The position numbers and the translations under genes were made by a program. A DNA stretch of 63,011 nucleotides, filler included, from Octopus bimaculoides (taxonomy: Eukaryota), in the NCBI RefSeq assembly GCF_001194135.2. It is 9 parts of 7 records of this genome, joined end to end, with 100 filler letters (N's around TTAATTAATTAA, not from the genome) between each part and the next. Parts side by side here need not be neighbours in the genome. Positions count along the whole stretch, not along the records: positions 29,576 to 45,075 come from NC_068989.1; positions 45,176 to 48,863 come from NC_068990.1; positions 48,964 to 54,788 come from NC_068990.1; 6 more parts are not named here. One strand, written 5' to 3'. The notes under the pieces were generated by a model. That model was not told the DNA's origin. It was given only the letters and a program-made list of their open reading frames with translations, and ran no database searches. Of the stretch, positions 39,111 to 51,598 are shown piece by piece (positions within the stretch are counted from its first letter, which is position 1; each line of letters opens with the position of its first letter).

Positions 39111-42100
39111 CATATTACACACACACACACACGCACACACACATATACACTCAGTGTTACTCATAATGATGATGATGATGAACATGATGAAGATGGTGAG
39201 GGCATGTACGAATGCATATTAAATGTTGACGGCGTATATTAACCGTACTTTAAATGCCATATGCAATTTAACATATAGTTATTTTGGAATGTGTGTGACT
39301 TACTTCTGGGTAAGAGGGGTCTGCTCGGAGTAGCTCGATGAACTGGTTATTTCGATAAATATAACCAGTGATTGCTGTAGCTAAAACAAATAGTACAAAA
39401 ATACATATTTGAAAAATATTCTAAGTGGATGTCAAAATATCACTTTTATTAATGTCGTTACAAAATCAAAATCAAGTCTGCTAATAAAAACTCGGTTTTA
39501 TGATTTTAAAAAAAATTTAAATAGCCAGTTTATTAAAAGCTTTCTCGACATAGAGGATCATTGTTTATAATCAACACTTACCCATTTTGTGAGAATGGAT
39601 AGATAAACCATGCAGTAGCGTATTGTCAAATGGCCATCGACAAAATGCGTCTGCTGTGAAGTCTATAAAACGAAAAAGAATTCTTTAAATTCATTCTGAA
39701 AGATTATAGATATTATTTGTTACCTAGATACACATGATCAAAAATAGTTGAATAGTTAGGATGCCAGATTTGCAACTGATGTTCGAGTATTTACAACCCG
39801 CTACAAGATACACACTGTATTCGTATTCATAACCATAGTACACGCAAGGACAATATGGTGAGGTTGAACCGGGAAGTGACTGTGACTCTCCACACCACTT
39901 AGATAAAAAAAAAAAAAAAGGTGGGGGTGACTGTTTATATATCAACTATTTGCAAGTATATCGAGATATGATGCTATGTTGTTTTGTGTCAAGATACTAC
40001 AATGTGATCTATCTGAAATAACATTGTTAAAAACATTCGGTTCTTCAGATGTGCTTCACATCCAAATAGATCAGAGATTTCTCTGAAGATGACTACTAGT
40101 ATTCCTAAAATATATTGCTTATATAACACATTTTATTCAATAGTGTAAATAAAAATTGGTTCTTTTGATAATTTTAACAAATGTTCCTAAAACATTATAA
40201 ATGTAATGTGATTGTAAATGTTCGAACATGCACAAAATTAATGTCATAGAATTCTTACCTTTTGTATTAGCAGGAATATATCCGATAATGCCATAAATGG
40301 CTATATCTGACCGATAGGTAGGTCTAGAAATGAAATAATATATTTTATGATATTCTCATGTTAAATATAAGGAAATGTTATTTGTTTGTGTAAAAACATT
40401 ACATTGCCAAACTTACTTTCTGTCAGTGAGTCCGATCCGAATTCCAGTGCTATTAAAGGACGAGGTACTTTCAACTCGAAAATGAAAAGAAATTTCAGAA
40501 TACAGCCCACAGTTTTATGAAAATGAGATATGCATTTGAATATTACCATTGTTATCATTTATCGAGCATATTAAGGTATGTCTTGTATGCTTATTTGTAC
40601 CCTAAACAATTACAAGAGTATATCAATCTTTAAGTCTACATTGGTATATAACTACACAAGGGCTATAATGCAACCGATCAAAATATTGCAATACTTTTAC
40701 TTAAAATAAAATTTACAAACAAATGCACAACCGATTTACAAATTGTTCAGGGTTCTCCAAAGAAAGATTAGGTATAGTGGATGTAGGCATTAAGTGGTTT
40801 TTATCCATTTTGCAATTATCTCAATTAGGATTAGCCGTACATAACGAATATCCAGTATAATTCGGGCTCGTTGCATCCGCAGGAGTTTAGGTCACTTGTT
40901 TGAAACCATGTCGCCGATTCACATTTTGAATTATACATATTTGACAACACAAATAAACCGTTTCAGATTCGGAGAGTCAAGAGAGGTGATCTGAAAGAAA
41001 TCTTCTAGAAAATTAGAAGAATCTGTCGTATGCTGTAAAAGATTTTACTGAACATTGCAATAACTGTACAGAATGTAGAGTATCGGGCAACAAGATACCC
41101 CATTGTGAATGATTTAACTTTCTTTAACTTTCATTGGCTAATTTAATGCAGTTTCAGATAAGACCATTATAATTTTGGCATTACGAGTCATCAAAAAGTC
41201 TATGTGACATCATCCGTTAAGTAGAAACGGCTATTTAGGGATTGTTTCAACTTGCTGAACACGGAACAGCCCACTCCTTGGTGCTACTTTCGAATAAAAT
41301 AAGTGATGAATAAGGCACTTGCTAATAATAGAAGCCTTGATATCACTGCATTGATTGACGAATGGAAAACGAGAAATACAAGCAACATATTTGATTAGTT
41401 AGAACAAAGAAATAGTTCTTGAGTTCGTTGATAAGTATACAAACGTATGGATAGCTTTTATGAAAGAAATATCTTTTGGATGATATAAGTTACGTTTAAT
41501 TTTATTCCTTAAGTAGTAATTGGAGCAAACTGGGCGTAATTCTTAGAGAGAAAAGAGATTACGTACTTTTATCAAAGGAAGACTTCTTACACTCAAGTGT
41601 ACTAAAGAATTATGTATTAATTTTAAATTCATAGCAGTTTAAATAGTAGTATGTATTATAATATTGTATGGTAGATGGTGAGTAACTATTCTCCGAGCCA
41701 AATGTAAAGTTTATAGTGTTAGGGAAGAAACCTCTGTTCTATGTGTTGTGTCGAAACCCCCCAAGCGAAGAAGTAGGATCGCCTAAGACATATAAATAGA
41801 GGTAGTCTGGCCGTGGTAGGGTTGAGTAGCTGACGAGGAGCAGTCGAGTAGCGGTTGAGTAGAGATCATCCGAAGGTGCTAGATAGCAGTAGCTTGAGAC
41901 ATAACACTATGGCATAGGACGTTTATACTTTTTTTACCACGGTTTTCATAGTCAAACATGAGTGAAATGAATATTTGATGTCTCAGTAAACTATGTTTTG
42001 GGAAGAAAGATTTTTATAGCTTCCGTAATTGTATAAATATGCTTCTCTTTTGTCAATATGGTAAGTGTTAAATTTTTTTCGGTATTATTTAAGGATGTTA

Positions 42101-43379
42101 TGAAAAATACACCTGATCTGCATCCTTCTAGCAATGCTATGAAAATTGTTTCTTGACTAGTATAATTTTTGTCAGAGGGGAAAGCAAACCATTATGGATG
42201 GTGTTGATGATCTTTACAGAACTGATATATTTTTAGTAAGAGAAATATTTCACTGTTTATTTTTTTAAATATGAGAAAGAATCCACTTGATGTAGTACCA
42301 AAAGAAACCAAGTAACAGCAACAGCTGTAATTCTTTATCATTTCAAGGTATAGATAACTCTTCAGTTTGCATTTCAACTTACCTTAGATAACAATAACCG
42401 CTTAATTTGAAGGATAAATCAATTTATCGTATCTCTCCGCATATAATCTTTTCTATTTACTTAAACCTATCCTCTCTAACATCGTGAGAAGTTCACTGTG
42501 AACGTTAATTCGAGAGCATCCATTTAACGCTATTTAATCAATACACACATGTAAGCCTTTTTTGTTTAACGTCATAAGTTAAGTTTTTTTTCTTATCTAT
42601 CACTGTCTAATTAAAAACCACACTTGACCAGGCTTTGAAAGTACACTTTCTATTTAACTATTTAGGTTATAATACAACCAAGCCGGACGATATTTACACT
42701 TCTGGTATAAGAGATGATAAAAGTATCATGAGGAACATATTGCACATCCATATTCCTTACAATTTCATACAATCAGTAGTAATGATGTAGAATAGATGCA
42801 CCAGGTGACAACACTAGTGACAGTTAACGTGATTCACTGAACACATGTTGTGACATGCAGTTTTGTTTCATATATTCGTTAAAATTTGTTCCACTGAAGA
42901 AATACAGAAATTAGGGAATTTCAGAAAGAAAGAATTACTACAATGAAGAAAGTCGGTAAAAGTATCCATGATACCCTCGACAAATGCATGCTGTGGAACA
43001 GACCGTTACAGTATGTATTTCCTCAAACTTGATTTCAGGCTAAGGAAATACAACAGAGAATAAAGAACATCAGATAGAAAGGCTTTTATTTTGTTAAAGA
43101 AGCCGCCGCTATTAAATGGAACAATTCCAGACAAAATGTCAGCAACATTAAGTTACAATACTTTATATTTTGACTTCAAACCATGCCGAGGCTAACCTGG
43201 CATTTCATCACTTGGATAGATAAAATGAAGTACAAATTAAATGCTGATATCGTTGTATATATCTGTAATGAATGCTTTGTGTGTATAGAGATGACGATAA
43301 TACTCACGTGTCATATTTGGTGGAGCGTGGACCTGCACAACAAGGTACCGCTTCTTAGATCCTACTGGGATTGCGAATT
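33149..43379 (-). CDS. PHM-like: Divergent PHM-type (copper type II ascorbate-dependent) monooxygenase, 8 C-terminal exons, 5' exons unresolved
   Basis: All seven junctions are GT-AG and phase compatible. Spliced product: FAIPVGSKKRYLVVQVHAPPNMTLESTSSFNSTGIRIGLTDRKPTYRSDIAIYGIIGYIPANTKDFTADAFCRWPFDNTLLHGLSIHSHKMATAITGYIYRNNQFIELLRADPSYPEVTIDISSRNITLQSTDILIMRCTLTNPNRWDVNFGNGHSDEMCDMYFLYGIKFDAYKKQKHVVCPGDAQKSSLYNIFARLPQESTLP...AYRY*. Confidence 0.9.
33445..33630 (-). mobile_element. SINE family A in a PHM-like intron
   Basis: Reverse complement of the family A consensus. Confidence 0.8.
34885..35132 (-). mobile_element. tRNA-derived SINE family C, full length
   Basis: Minus strand gtggaggcgcgtggcttgatggttagggtgtc...gtttcgattcctg head with A/B boxes. 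Confidence 0.85.
35226..35275 (-). CDS. PHM-like: PHM-like exon (IMRCTLTNPNRWDVNFG)
   Basis: Acceptor atttattgcag, donor gtaagt, phase 0 to 2; matches AARCVFTGEGRTEATHIG. Confidence 0.88.
35421..35641. mobile_element. Tc1/pogo (Tigger-like) MITE
   Basis: TA-CAGTAATCCCTCG ... GGAGGGATTACTG-TA. Confidence 0.85.
36325..36470 (+). mobile_element. SINE family A
   Basis: ggcggcgagcaggcagaatcgttagcacgc...cctttcggggtcgttaaaataagtatcag. Confidence 0.75.
37005..37058 (-). CDS. PHM-like: PHM-like exon (VTIDISSRNITLQSTDIL)
   Basis: Acceptor tttactttctag, donor gtaagc, phase 0 to 0; aligns to AFYPVEHPVDVTFGDIL. Confidence 0.85.
38020..38510 (-). mobile_element. RTE (BovB-like) LINE reverse-transcriptase fragment
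   Basis: KLNNGKAPGMFGLGAEIYKYGG...VPQDWRDAIMEILYKSKGGKNVCDSFRGICLLAVTGNIL. Confidence 0.9.
39304..39380 (-). CDS. PHM-like: PHM-like exon (TAITGYIYRNNQFIELLRADPSYPE)
   Basis: Acceptor atttgttttag, donor gtaagt, phase 1 to 0; ungapped to KVVSGYRVRNGQWTLIGRQNPQLPQ. Confidence 0.9.
39582..39662 (-). CDS. PHM-like: PHM-like exon (FTADAFCRWPFDNTLLHGLSIHSHKM), CuM His-x-His
   Basis: Acceptor tttcgttttatag, donor gtaagt, phase 1 to 1; matches VNADISC...FAYRVHTHHL. Confidence 0.9.
40259..40323 (-). CDS. PHM-like: PHM-like exon (PTYRSDIAIYGIIGYIPANTK)
   Basis: Acceptor tttcatttctag, donor gtaaga, phase 2 to 1. Confidence 0.85.
40417..40474 (-). CDS. PHM-like: PHM-like exon (ESTSSFNSTGIRIGLTDR)
   Basis: Acceptor ttttcattttcgag, donor gtaagt, phase 1 to 2; aligns to DCSGVSVHLTR. 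Confidence 0.8.
41744..41906 (+). mobile_element. 163-bp solo LTR (TRIM-sized)
   Basis: TGTTGTGTC...GACATAACA inverted ends, perfect 5-bp TSD CTATG (41739-41743, 41907-41911), internal TATAAATA. Confidence 0.8.
43308..43379 (-). CDS. PHM-like: PHM-like exon (FAIPVGSKKRYLVVQVHAPPNMT), CuH His172 equivalent
   Basis: Acceptor gcaataag, donor gtgagt, phase 1 to 1; matches GFRVGGETGSKYFVLQVHY. Confidence 0.82.
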
Positions 43380-43478
43380 CTTATTGCAAACATATTGATA
43401 AAAATATGCAAATTACAAAAACATTTGAGGCATAGATTAGATCAATTAAAATAAAATAATTTTCAAGTTGGGGTTATG

Positions 43479-43601
<123 letters not shown>

Positions 43602-43688
43602 TACACACACACACACACATATACAGGTAGATAGAGAAAGAGAGACAGAGACACTAAGAAATGAAAGAAAATTACAAGATTTTGTGTG

Positions 43689-43724
<36 letters not shown>

Positions 43725-46700
43725 CATGTATATATGTATACATGTATTAATCCATACAAGCACACCTATACTTCCCACATATATCCTAACTAGCACAGTA
43801 TCAGGAGAGAAAGATAATATAATAACGTAAAATGATAAAGGTTTTAATCAGTAGTGCCACATGCTAGGAATAGACGCCAACTGGCTCTAAGAACTAAATT
43901 ATTTACCCCATTAGCACGGGTTGAAAGCGAGGAACGTAAACAAAGATTTTTTAAACGGTTTAACTATAGGTCAATTTCTAGTTTGGAGATGCAAAATCTC
44001 TTTACCGTCATCAGTATAGTATAACACATTGTACATAATTATAAACATTTATACATACCCATACGAATAACCCGCATTCACAAGCGCATATACAAATATT
44101 CACATTTATATACATGCTACATCTAATTCATTCACCTCAACCACGTGCGTATACGACCAAATATAATACTGGAGAGAATATATTAGTATATAAACGTGAA
44201 CATTTGTATATGGAAAAAAAACTCAACGTCATTAAAAGTGACTAAGGGTGTATGGCAGCACCAGCATTGCTAGAAATAAGACTCAAAGACTCTTTAGCCA
44301 TGAACAAGTATAGTCCTATGTACTGACAAGGGAGACAACCTCCCCATAGCATGCAAAATCATCAGATTGGTACGCCAATTTCGCATGAAATTAATGCTCA
44401 TTAGAGATGCTAGTCTGTTGCTCGTGGTGAAACTGAATTCCACTTGTCAGTATTCATAATATTTACCATAGGTATCAATAGCTGATTCAGTAAAATGGAA
44501 ATGGGAAAATTATAAAATCGTTAAGGTGGCTAGACGCAATAGTATATGCTGACATACACTTCCTATATAAATTTACAAATAAATACATAGATATAGTTAT
44601 TGTATAAGCACATATGTGCATTTGTATATGTTGGTGACTGTAGATTCCTTCAAAAGTCGATATTGAAACATATTGAACCATTTAAAAACATTAATTTAAA
44701 AACATTCCTTAAGTCTCCAGACCTGTCCTGGAGACTTAAGGAAGGCAGAGTGCAATACAACATCACATAAACGATCATAGAAACGCATATCCATATAATA
44801 CGTTCTCAAGTTCTTGCAGTCTCTATTCCGAAGAAGTTCTATGCATTATAAGGAGTGAAGATACACTTGTAAACAGGTACCCCGAAAGAGTTATAAGATG
44901 CAACTGCAAAATAAAACGTTCATTTTCGCAGTTATGTAACGATAAATAACGTTTGAACCTCTATCCATTCGACATACTTCAATCTTTCTCTCTCGGTCAT
45001 ATTGTATGTATTTGTCTCGGGTTTTTAAAAATAGTTAAGTGTATGTGAGAAGAATATACACCAGTGTGCATATATNNNNNNNNNNNNNNNNNNNNNNNNN
45101 NNNNNNNNNNNNNNNNNNNTTAATTAATTAANNNNNNNNNNNNNNNNNNNNNNNNNNNNNNNNNNNNNNNNNNNNTTTACCACTCCAGCACAAATTTTCT
45201 TTAATTTCCCTCCGCTCATGCTGTGAATTGCGAGCATGGCCTTTGACATGTGGGCGTGAACACTATTAATGCACATCCCCTTTTTTGATGTGCACATTAG
45301 TGTTTACTAACCCCACCCCCTATTACTTATGCCCTCCCACTTCAGCTTCTTATTTGGTGTGAGTGACTGCTTTTACTACGTCCCTAGTGTTTATCCACTT
45401 CCCCTCACCATTATCGCCGACTGTCATAATGCCCCCTTTCCACCACCCTCTTCCTTAATGACATTATGTCAACGGTCTGCCAATAAGAGGTGAACTGTGA
45501 ACATGACCATTGACCTATGCTCGTGAACACTATTGTTTTTCTACTGTAATGAGCCCGTCCAATCAATTCTCTGACTGAATTTCATTGGTGGAACACTGTT
45601 CACCTGATCATACCAGTGTCAAATCGTAATTATTCATGCGCGTTTGTGCATATCTGATACGTGGTTCGGCTTACAAGTTTGGCCTAACATTTGACGTACA
45701 TTATTGCTTTGTTGAAATTTTTCGTCGTTCCCATACTCAATTAAGTTAACTCCTTCACACTGTTGCCGCCTACCAGTTTTTAGCTTACATGTCATTTAAG
45801 AGTACTGTATTCAGTGACTTTATGTCCACATAGTTAGCTGTCTGAAATGTGTGGAGTTCTACTGTAGTCTTGTTTCAAAGTTACTAACCTTCCTCAGCCA
45901 TGTTTCATTTCCTTTGTCCAACCTGTTTGTAATCTGTTTTCACAGAGTTTCACATTTCGTAGCAACAGTTCCGTTGCTTTCGGTGTAAACGAAACAAAGG
46001 CCCTATTCAGAGTCATTTTACATACGATTGATACATCACCTGGGAACGCATTACAGCCCCTTTCAGGGCTACCACACCCGTGATTGTTACACCGTCTGGG
46101 AACACATCAAAACCCTTCTCAGGACTTCGTATCAAACTGTTACCACTTGGCTTCAGCGGTATATATATATATATATATATATATACGTGTGTGTGTGTGT
46201 GTGTGTGCCAGAAAGTAGCATAGGCTAGAGTGGGGGAGGGGCGGGGAGCGATAAATGAGATTAGTAGCCCCGTTATCTACATATCGAAAACAATAGGGAG
46301 AATGTTGTCTTCAAAACATCAAAAATTAGATGTTTAGGAAGTTATAAGTTAATTAGTATCATGACAGACCGTTCTACTGTCTGAGAAAATGAAACTTTAC
46401 ATCCGGCTATATCAACACCAAAAGGATAGGTCATGAAGTGGTAAACGAGAATGTCTGATGGGCGAGTGGTGATATCAGAAAAAGAGAAGTGGGGACAGGG
46501 ATGGCCAATAAAGCATATTTTGATTGTCATCTTAAAGGGTAGGAAAAAGTGAACTGCCAAAACGAATACCTCTTAAAGGATTATGGGTGGAATATAAATT
46601 GAAGCAGTAAGTTTTAACCTTAGTTTACGTATACCGTTAAAGCAAAATGCAAATATATAAATATATAAAGGCTAGAAAGAAATTTCAGAATTAACTAGAT

Positions 46701-47256
46701 AAGGGTATAACGTATAATTTAATATAGGATAAAATATGGTTGCAGCGTATGGTGATGATGACAAGAAAACCGTATGATCGTATGTACATGTATGTAAATG
46801 TAAATGAATATAGCCAAGGAAAATATTAGGGAAGAATAAGTATTTCCTTCACTACACATCCTGTCTGTTTCTTTGTGATGCTTGAAGTAAGTGAAAAAAA
46901 ATCGTGTTTACGTTTCGTCTGTTTGGAAGAGAATAAAAACAAACTGATAACATGAAGAGAAATAATATATAAACGCAAAACTTCAAAAGTATAAAGCGTC
47001 CAGTCCTACTGTGAGGTTCTTCAATACTTATGTAAGCTTTCCTTTACAGCGTCAACAACAAAAATGACCAGAAATAGTAGCAACAGTAGCAATCACAATA
47101 GAAATCACAATAGCAAATGAGAAGACTTTCGTGGTTAATATAACCTAATATACTGGATGAAAGAGAACTGGGCAAGAAGGCATACATTTGTCTTTTCTTG
47201 TTTCTATGCTATCGAACAAGGTGCTAGAAATAGAAGCTAAATCGCTATTGAATGGC

Positions 47257-47297
<41 letters not shown>

Positions 47298-48264
47298 CTT
47301 TTGGCTTTCTAACCTTCGTCAGACAGCATGACGAAAGATAACTAACTAAAAGAACTTGTAATAGCATCAAACTTTCGTCGTAGTTGCCTATTCGTCAGTC
47401 TGCACGATTTCTTTGGATTTTTCAGCGTTTTCCTATAAGTTTTGCTACTTCCTACAGATGTGGCATAGTGATTACTTGCTAGTTGTGGTTTAACAGTGCA
47501 TTTTTTTGTGATATATGAAGAAATATCTTTATGGATAGTTTCATTCGATGAGCAGAAAAATGTTATTACGAAATGAAAGAAGTGGGAGAAGAATAATGAA
47601 GTGTAAGATGAGGACTGGGAGAAGAAAAAGCGGGTAAAAGGGAGGTGTCAGTAAAAAAGAATAACAAGGTAATGAAACATTGTTCCGCTTGAGTAGGTGT
47701 CTTAGTTTATTTCAAGATAGCTATCATCCACTTAAAATAGTTATATTTAGTGAAGTCAATGATCGGTTTTTCTATTTCTGTTTGGGTTCATTCACGCGTG
47801 TACATTAATATAGATGCGTGAGTATAAATTTGTGTGGGGTTACAGGTCAAATAAGGTCATGTTCTCTGTTTTTACTTTGTTTGTTGCAAGGTCATTTTCC
47901 AAGCATATATTCAAGTGGACAAAACGTTATTTTGAAATACTGGTTCGTGTAAATATGGGAAGGATAAATATTTGATGACTGTAAATATTAGACAAATTTT
48001 TTTTATGCACTCTCGCGTACATATTCACACACAATCAAAATATATCACGTATACAGATATACTTGCCAGTACACACACACACATACACACACACAAACAC
48101 ATAGCGGTAAGGAGGTGACAAGAGAGCTGAACAGCAGGTTCCAGAGAAGCCCCCCCCACTCAGGCAAGTGCTTTGGCCTTTAACTTCTTACACTGTAACT
48201 GGACTGGGCCTCATCCAGGTCATGACTTCTGGGTGCCCTTCTGCTGACACGTTTTTGCATATGT

Positions 48265-48331
<67 letters not shown>

Positions 48332-48504
48332 GAGAGAGAGAGAGGAGAGAGAGAGAGATACATATTACATATATACATACATACACACATGCACACAGAC
48401 ACGCACACACACGCACACGCTCTCTCACACACACACGTTATATTTCTTACTTTTCAGTACGTTACTTGGTTCATGTTTATAGCGTTTATCAGTTTGTTCA
48501 AATC

Positions 48505-48650
48505 CTAGTTTTCTACATAGCTCCCAGTGGATTACTCTCGTTAGATTGTCATGTCTTTTCTTGTATTCTTTCTGTGCCAGCAGGCTACAGTCAGTTACTA
48601 TATGAGTAACGCTTTCCTCTTTTGATTTGCATAATCTACATTGGGAATCT
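48505..48650 (-). mobile_element. R4/Dong-type non-LTR fragment (zinc knuckle)
   Basis: CRLCKSKEESVTHIVTDCSLLAQKEYKKRHDNLTRVIHWELCRKLG. Confidence 0.85.
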
Positions 48651-48653
48651 ACA

Positions 48654-48863
48654 GGTGGGGCCCTGATCAATTTAGATCAATCGAAAGCTTTCGATAGGGT
48701 AGACCATCAATACTTGGAGGCTGTCCTCATGGCGGCCGGCTTCGGTCCCATTTTCCGCGGCTGGATGGCTGCCTTGTACAGGGGCATCCGTTTGGTAGTT
48801 CGCGTCAATGGGCACCTATCAAGACCATTCGACATTACACGTTCGGTCCGTCAGGGATTCCCC
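48654..48863 (+). mobile_element. L1/Tx1-type reverse-transcriptase fragment
   Basis: GALINLDQSKAFDRVDHQYL...GFGPIFRGW...VRVNGHLSRPFDITRSVRQG. Confidence 0.85.
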
Positions 48864-48963
48864 NNNNNNNNNNNNNNNNNNNNNNNNNNNNNNNNNNNNN
48901 NNNNNNNTTAATTAATTAANNNNNNNNNNNNNNNNNNNNNNNNNNNNNNNNNNNNNNNNNNNN

Positions 48964-49025
<62 letters not shown>

Positions 49026-49556
49026 GAGAATGTGAGAAAATGTAGAGAGGGACAAGAGATATGAGGTATATCTTTGTTGTTATACCTTTTTAATATGTTC
49101 TGTTATTGAAATATTAATGAAACTCATTAGTGTCATTTTATAAATTTAAAATAATATAATGTATATGTATATTAATGTATATCCATATATAAGATAAGGC
49201 ATACGTAATGCAACATAAACTCTTAATCACACACAAATACATACACACACATACACACACATAAATGAATATATGTATGAATGCACATATTTTTATATAT
49301 ATATGTACATAACAGGTTAGAAATAATAAAGATGAGAAAAAGAACTCAATACATAGGTATAATCCTTTACATTTTTAATGAGTAAAACTTTGCAAAAGTG
49401 TGTCAAGATCCAAATGTGTTTCTTTTTTAAGACACTCTTATCAGGCAGGAAAATCCTGGCACTACAGTCGCTCTGCTAACTTTCTGTTGACAGAAAAAAA
49501 AACAAAAACAAAACAGACAAACAAACAGAATGCATATGTATATATTTGATACACAC

Positions 49557-49603
<47 letters not shown>

Positions 49604-49944
49604 AATATACCCATGTGTACATATGTGTGTACATGGTTGTATATTTATATAAGTATCTATATGTGTGTGTTTATATATGCATATACCCATACGTACCTGG
49701 GCAAATATATATATACATATATATATATATGTCTATATATATGTATAACATCCATAAAATGCTCAATGTATATCAAATATATAAAGAATATAATGTATGG
49801 AAGCTAAAGTGCATGTATGTATCTATCTCTCTCTCTCTCTCTCTCTCTTTCTCTACATATAAATATATATCATATATACATATGTGTGTGTATAATATAT
49901 ATACACATACACACATGCACACACACACACACATACATATATAT

Positions 49945-50059
<115 letters not shown>

Positions 50060-50356
50060 CATATTTATACACACATGCATGCACTAATTTATAGACTTAA
50101 GAGATATTATTTCAGAGAATACATATATATATTGTATCTAAACTGGTTCTATATTATTATGTATCATGTGTTTTCTCTTACATTTATAACATCTATTATG
50201 TCTCTGAACACTTGCATATATAATAAACACCCACCCATTTATTAAATGTTATTATCCAATAATATGTGTATTCCTGTATTTACCCACAAATTCTATATTA
50301 CATATATATATATATATATATATACATATATATATACATACATACATATATATATT

Positions 50357-50392
<36 letters not shown>

Positions 50393-50884
50393 TAAATAGA
50401 TAGATATATCAACATATATATATTCTAAATGTGTATATATATATATATATATATATNNNNNNNNNNNNNNNNNNNNNNNNNNNNNNNNNNNNNNNNNNNN
50501 NNNNNNNNNNNNNNNNNNNNNNNNNNNNNNNNNNNNNNNNNNNNNNNNNNNNNNNNNNNNNNNNNNNNNNNNNNNNNNNNNNNNNNNNNNNNNNNNNNNN
50601 NNNNNNNNNNNNNNNNNNNNNNNNNNNNNNNNNNNNNNNNNNNNNNNNNNNNNNNNNNNNNNNNNNNNNNNNNNNNNNNNNNNNNNNNNNNNNNNNNNNN
50701 NNNNNNNNNNNNNNNNNNNNNNNNNNNNNNNNNNNNNNNNNNNNNNNNNNNNNNNNNNNNNNNNNNNNNNNNNNNNNNNNNNNNNNNNNNNNNNNNNNNN
50801 NNNNNNATATATATATATATATATGCATAGGTCAGATGGACTTCAGTGTGGACTATGTTCCACGTCCAGATGCCCTCCTTTGCA

Positions 50885-51200
50885 CCAATTATAGCTGCAG
50901 GTATGACTGTGTGGTAAGAAGCTTGCTTCCCAAAAACATGGACCTGAGTTCAGTTCCACTGCATGGCACCTTGGGGAATTTTGTTCTACTCTTGCCTTCA
51001 GCTGACCAAAGAATTGTAAGTGTATTTGGTAGATGGAAACTGAAAGAAGCCTGTTTTATATATGTAGATATGTATATATTTTATGTGTGTGTTTGTGTGT
51101 GTCTGTCTTTGTCCTCCCACCATCGTTTGACAACCGATGTTGGTGTGTTCATGTCCTTACAAAAGAGACTGATAGGATAAGTACTAAGCTAACAAGACTT
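50885..51200 (+). mobile_element. SINE family B
   Basis: tgtgtggtaagaagcttgcttccc...ggcaccttggg...gaaactgaaagaagcc. Confidence 0.75.
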
Positions 51201-51598
51201 CAAAGATTGTGATATACATTTACATTTTTTGTGTCTATAGATCTTGATATCAAAACGCATAGAGACAGCATATACCCACAAACACATAAATACACACAAG
51301 CATGCATGTGCACACACACACACACACACACACCTATATACATAGATACATATATGTTTAACACTTATACAAACAATTTGCATCAATTGGCTTACTGTTA
51401 TAAGTATGTACCATGGGTGCTCAGTTTGGTTTACCACTAAAACTGATTTGAGCTGCAATATATAGTGTTGAAATTGACTATCAGAGGTGGCTATAAGTGG
51501 TTTATCATTGAGCCATTATATTGTTACGTATTTTTTATAATTACTCTGTACCATGTTTATTTTATATAAAAAATTTATTGTTCTCGAATGATGTCAAA

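Noticed and set aside
39724-40145. Cys/Tyr-rich minus ORF and a neighbouring LFGCEAH frame between PHM-like exons
   Set aside because: Both hit stops or are out of phase, and the flanking exons splice directly (40259 to 39662) with a better alignment.
40259-40601. Initial reading as a MAM, CUB or NHR domain
   Set aside because: Superseded: the same peptides align collinearly with PHM once the HSH and EMC exons are joined. The longer acceptor at 40601 introduces a stop.
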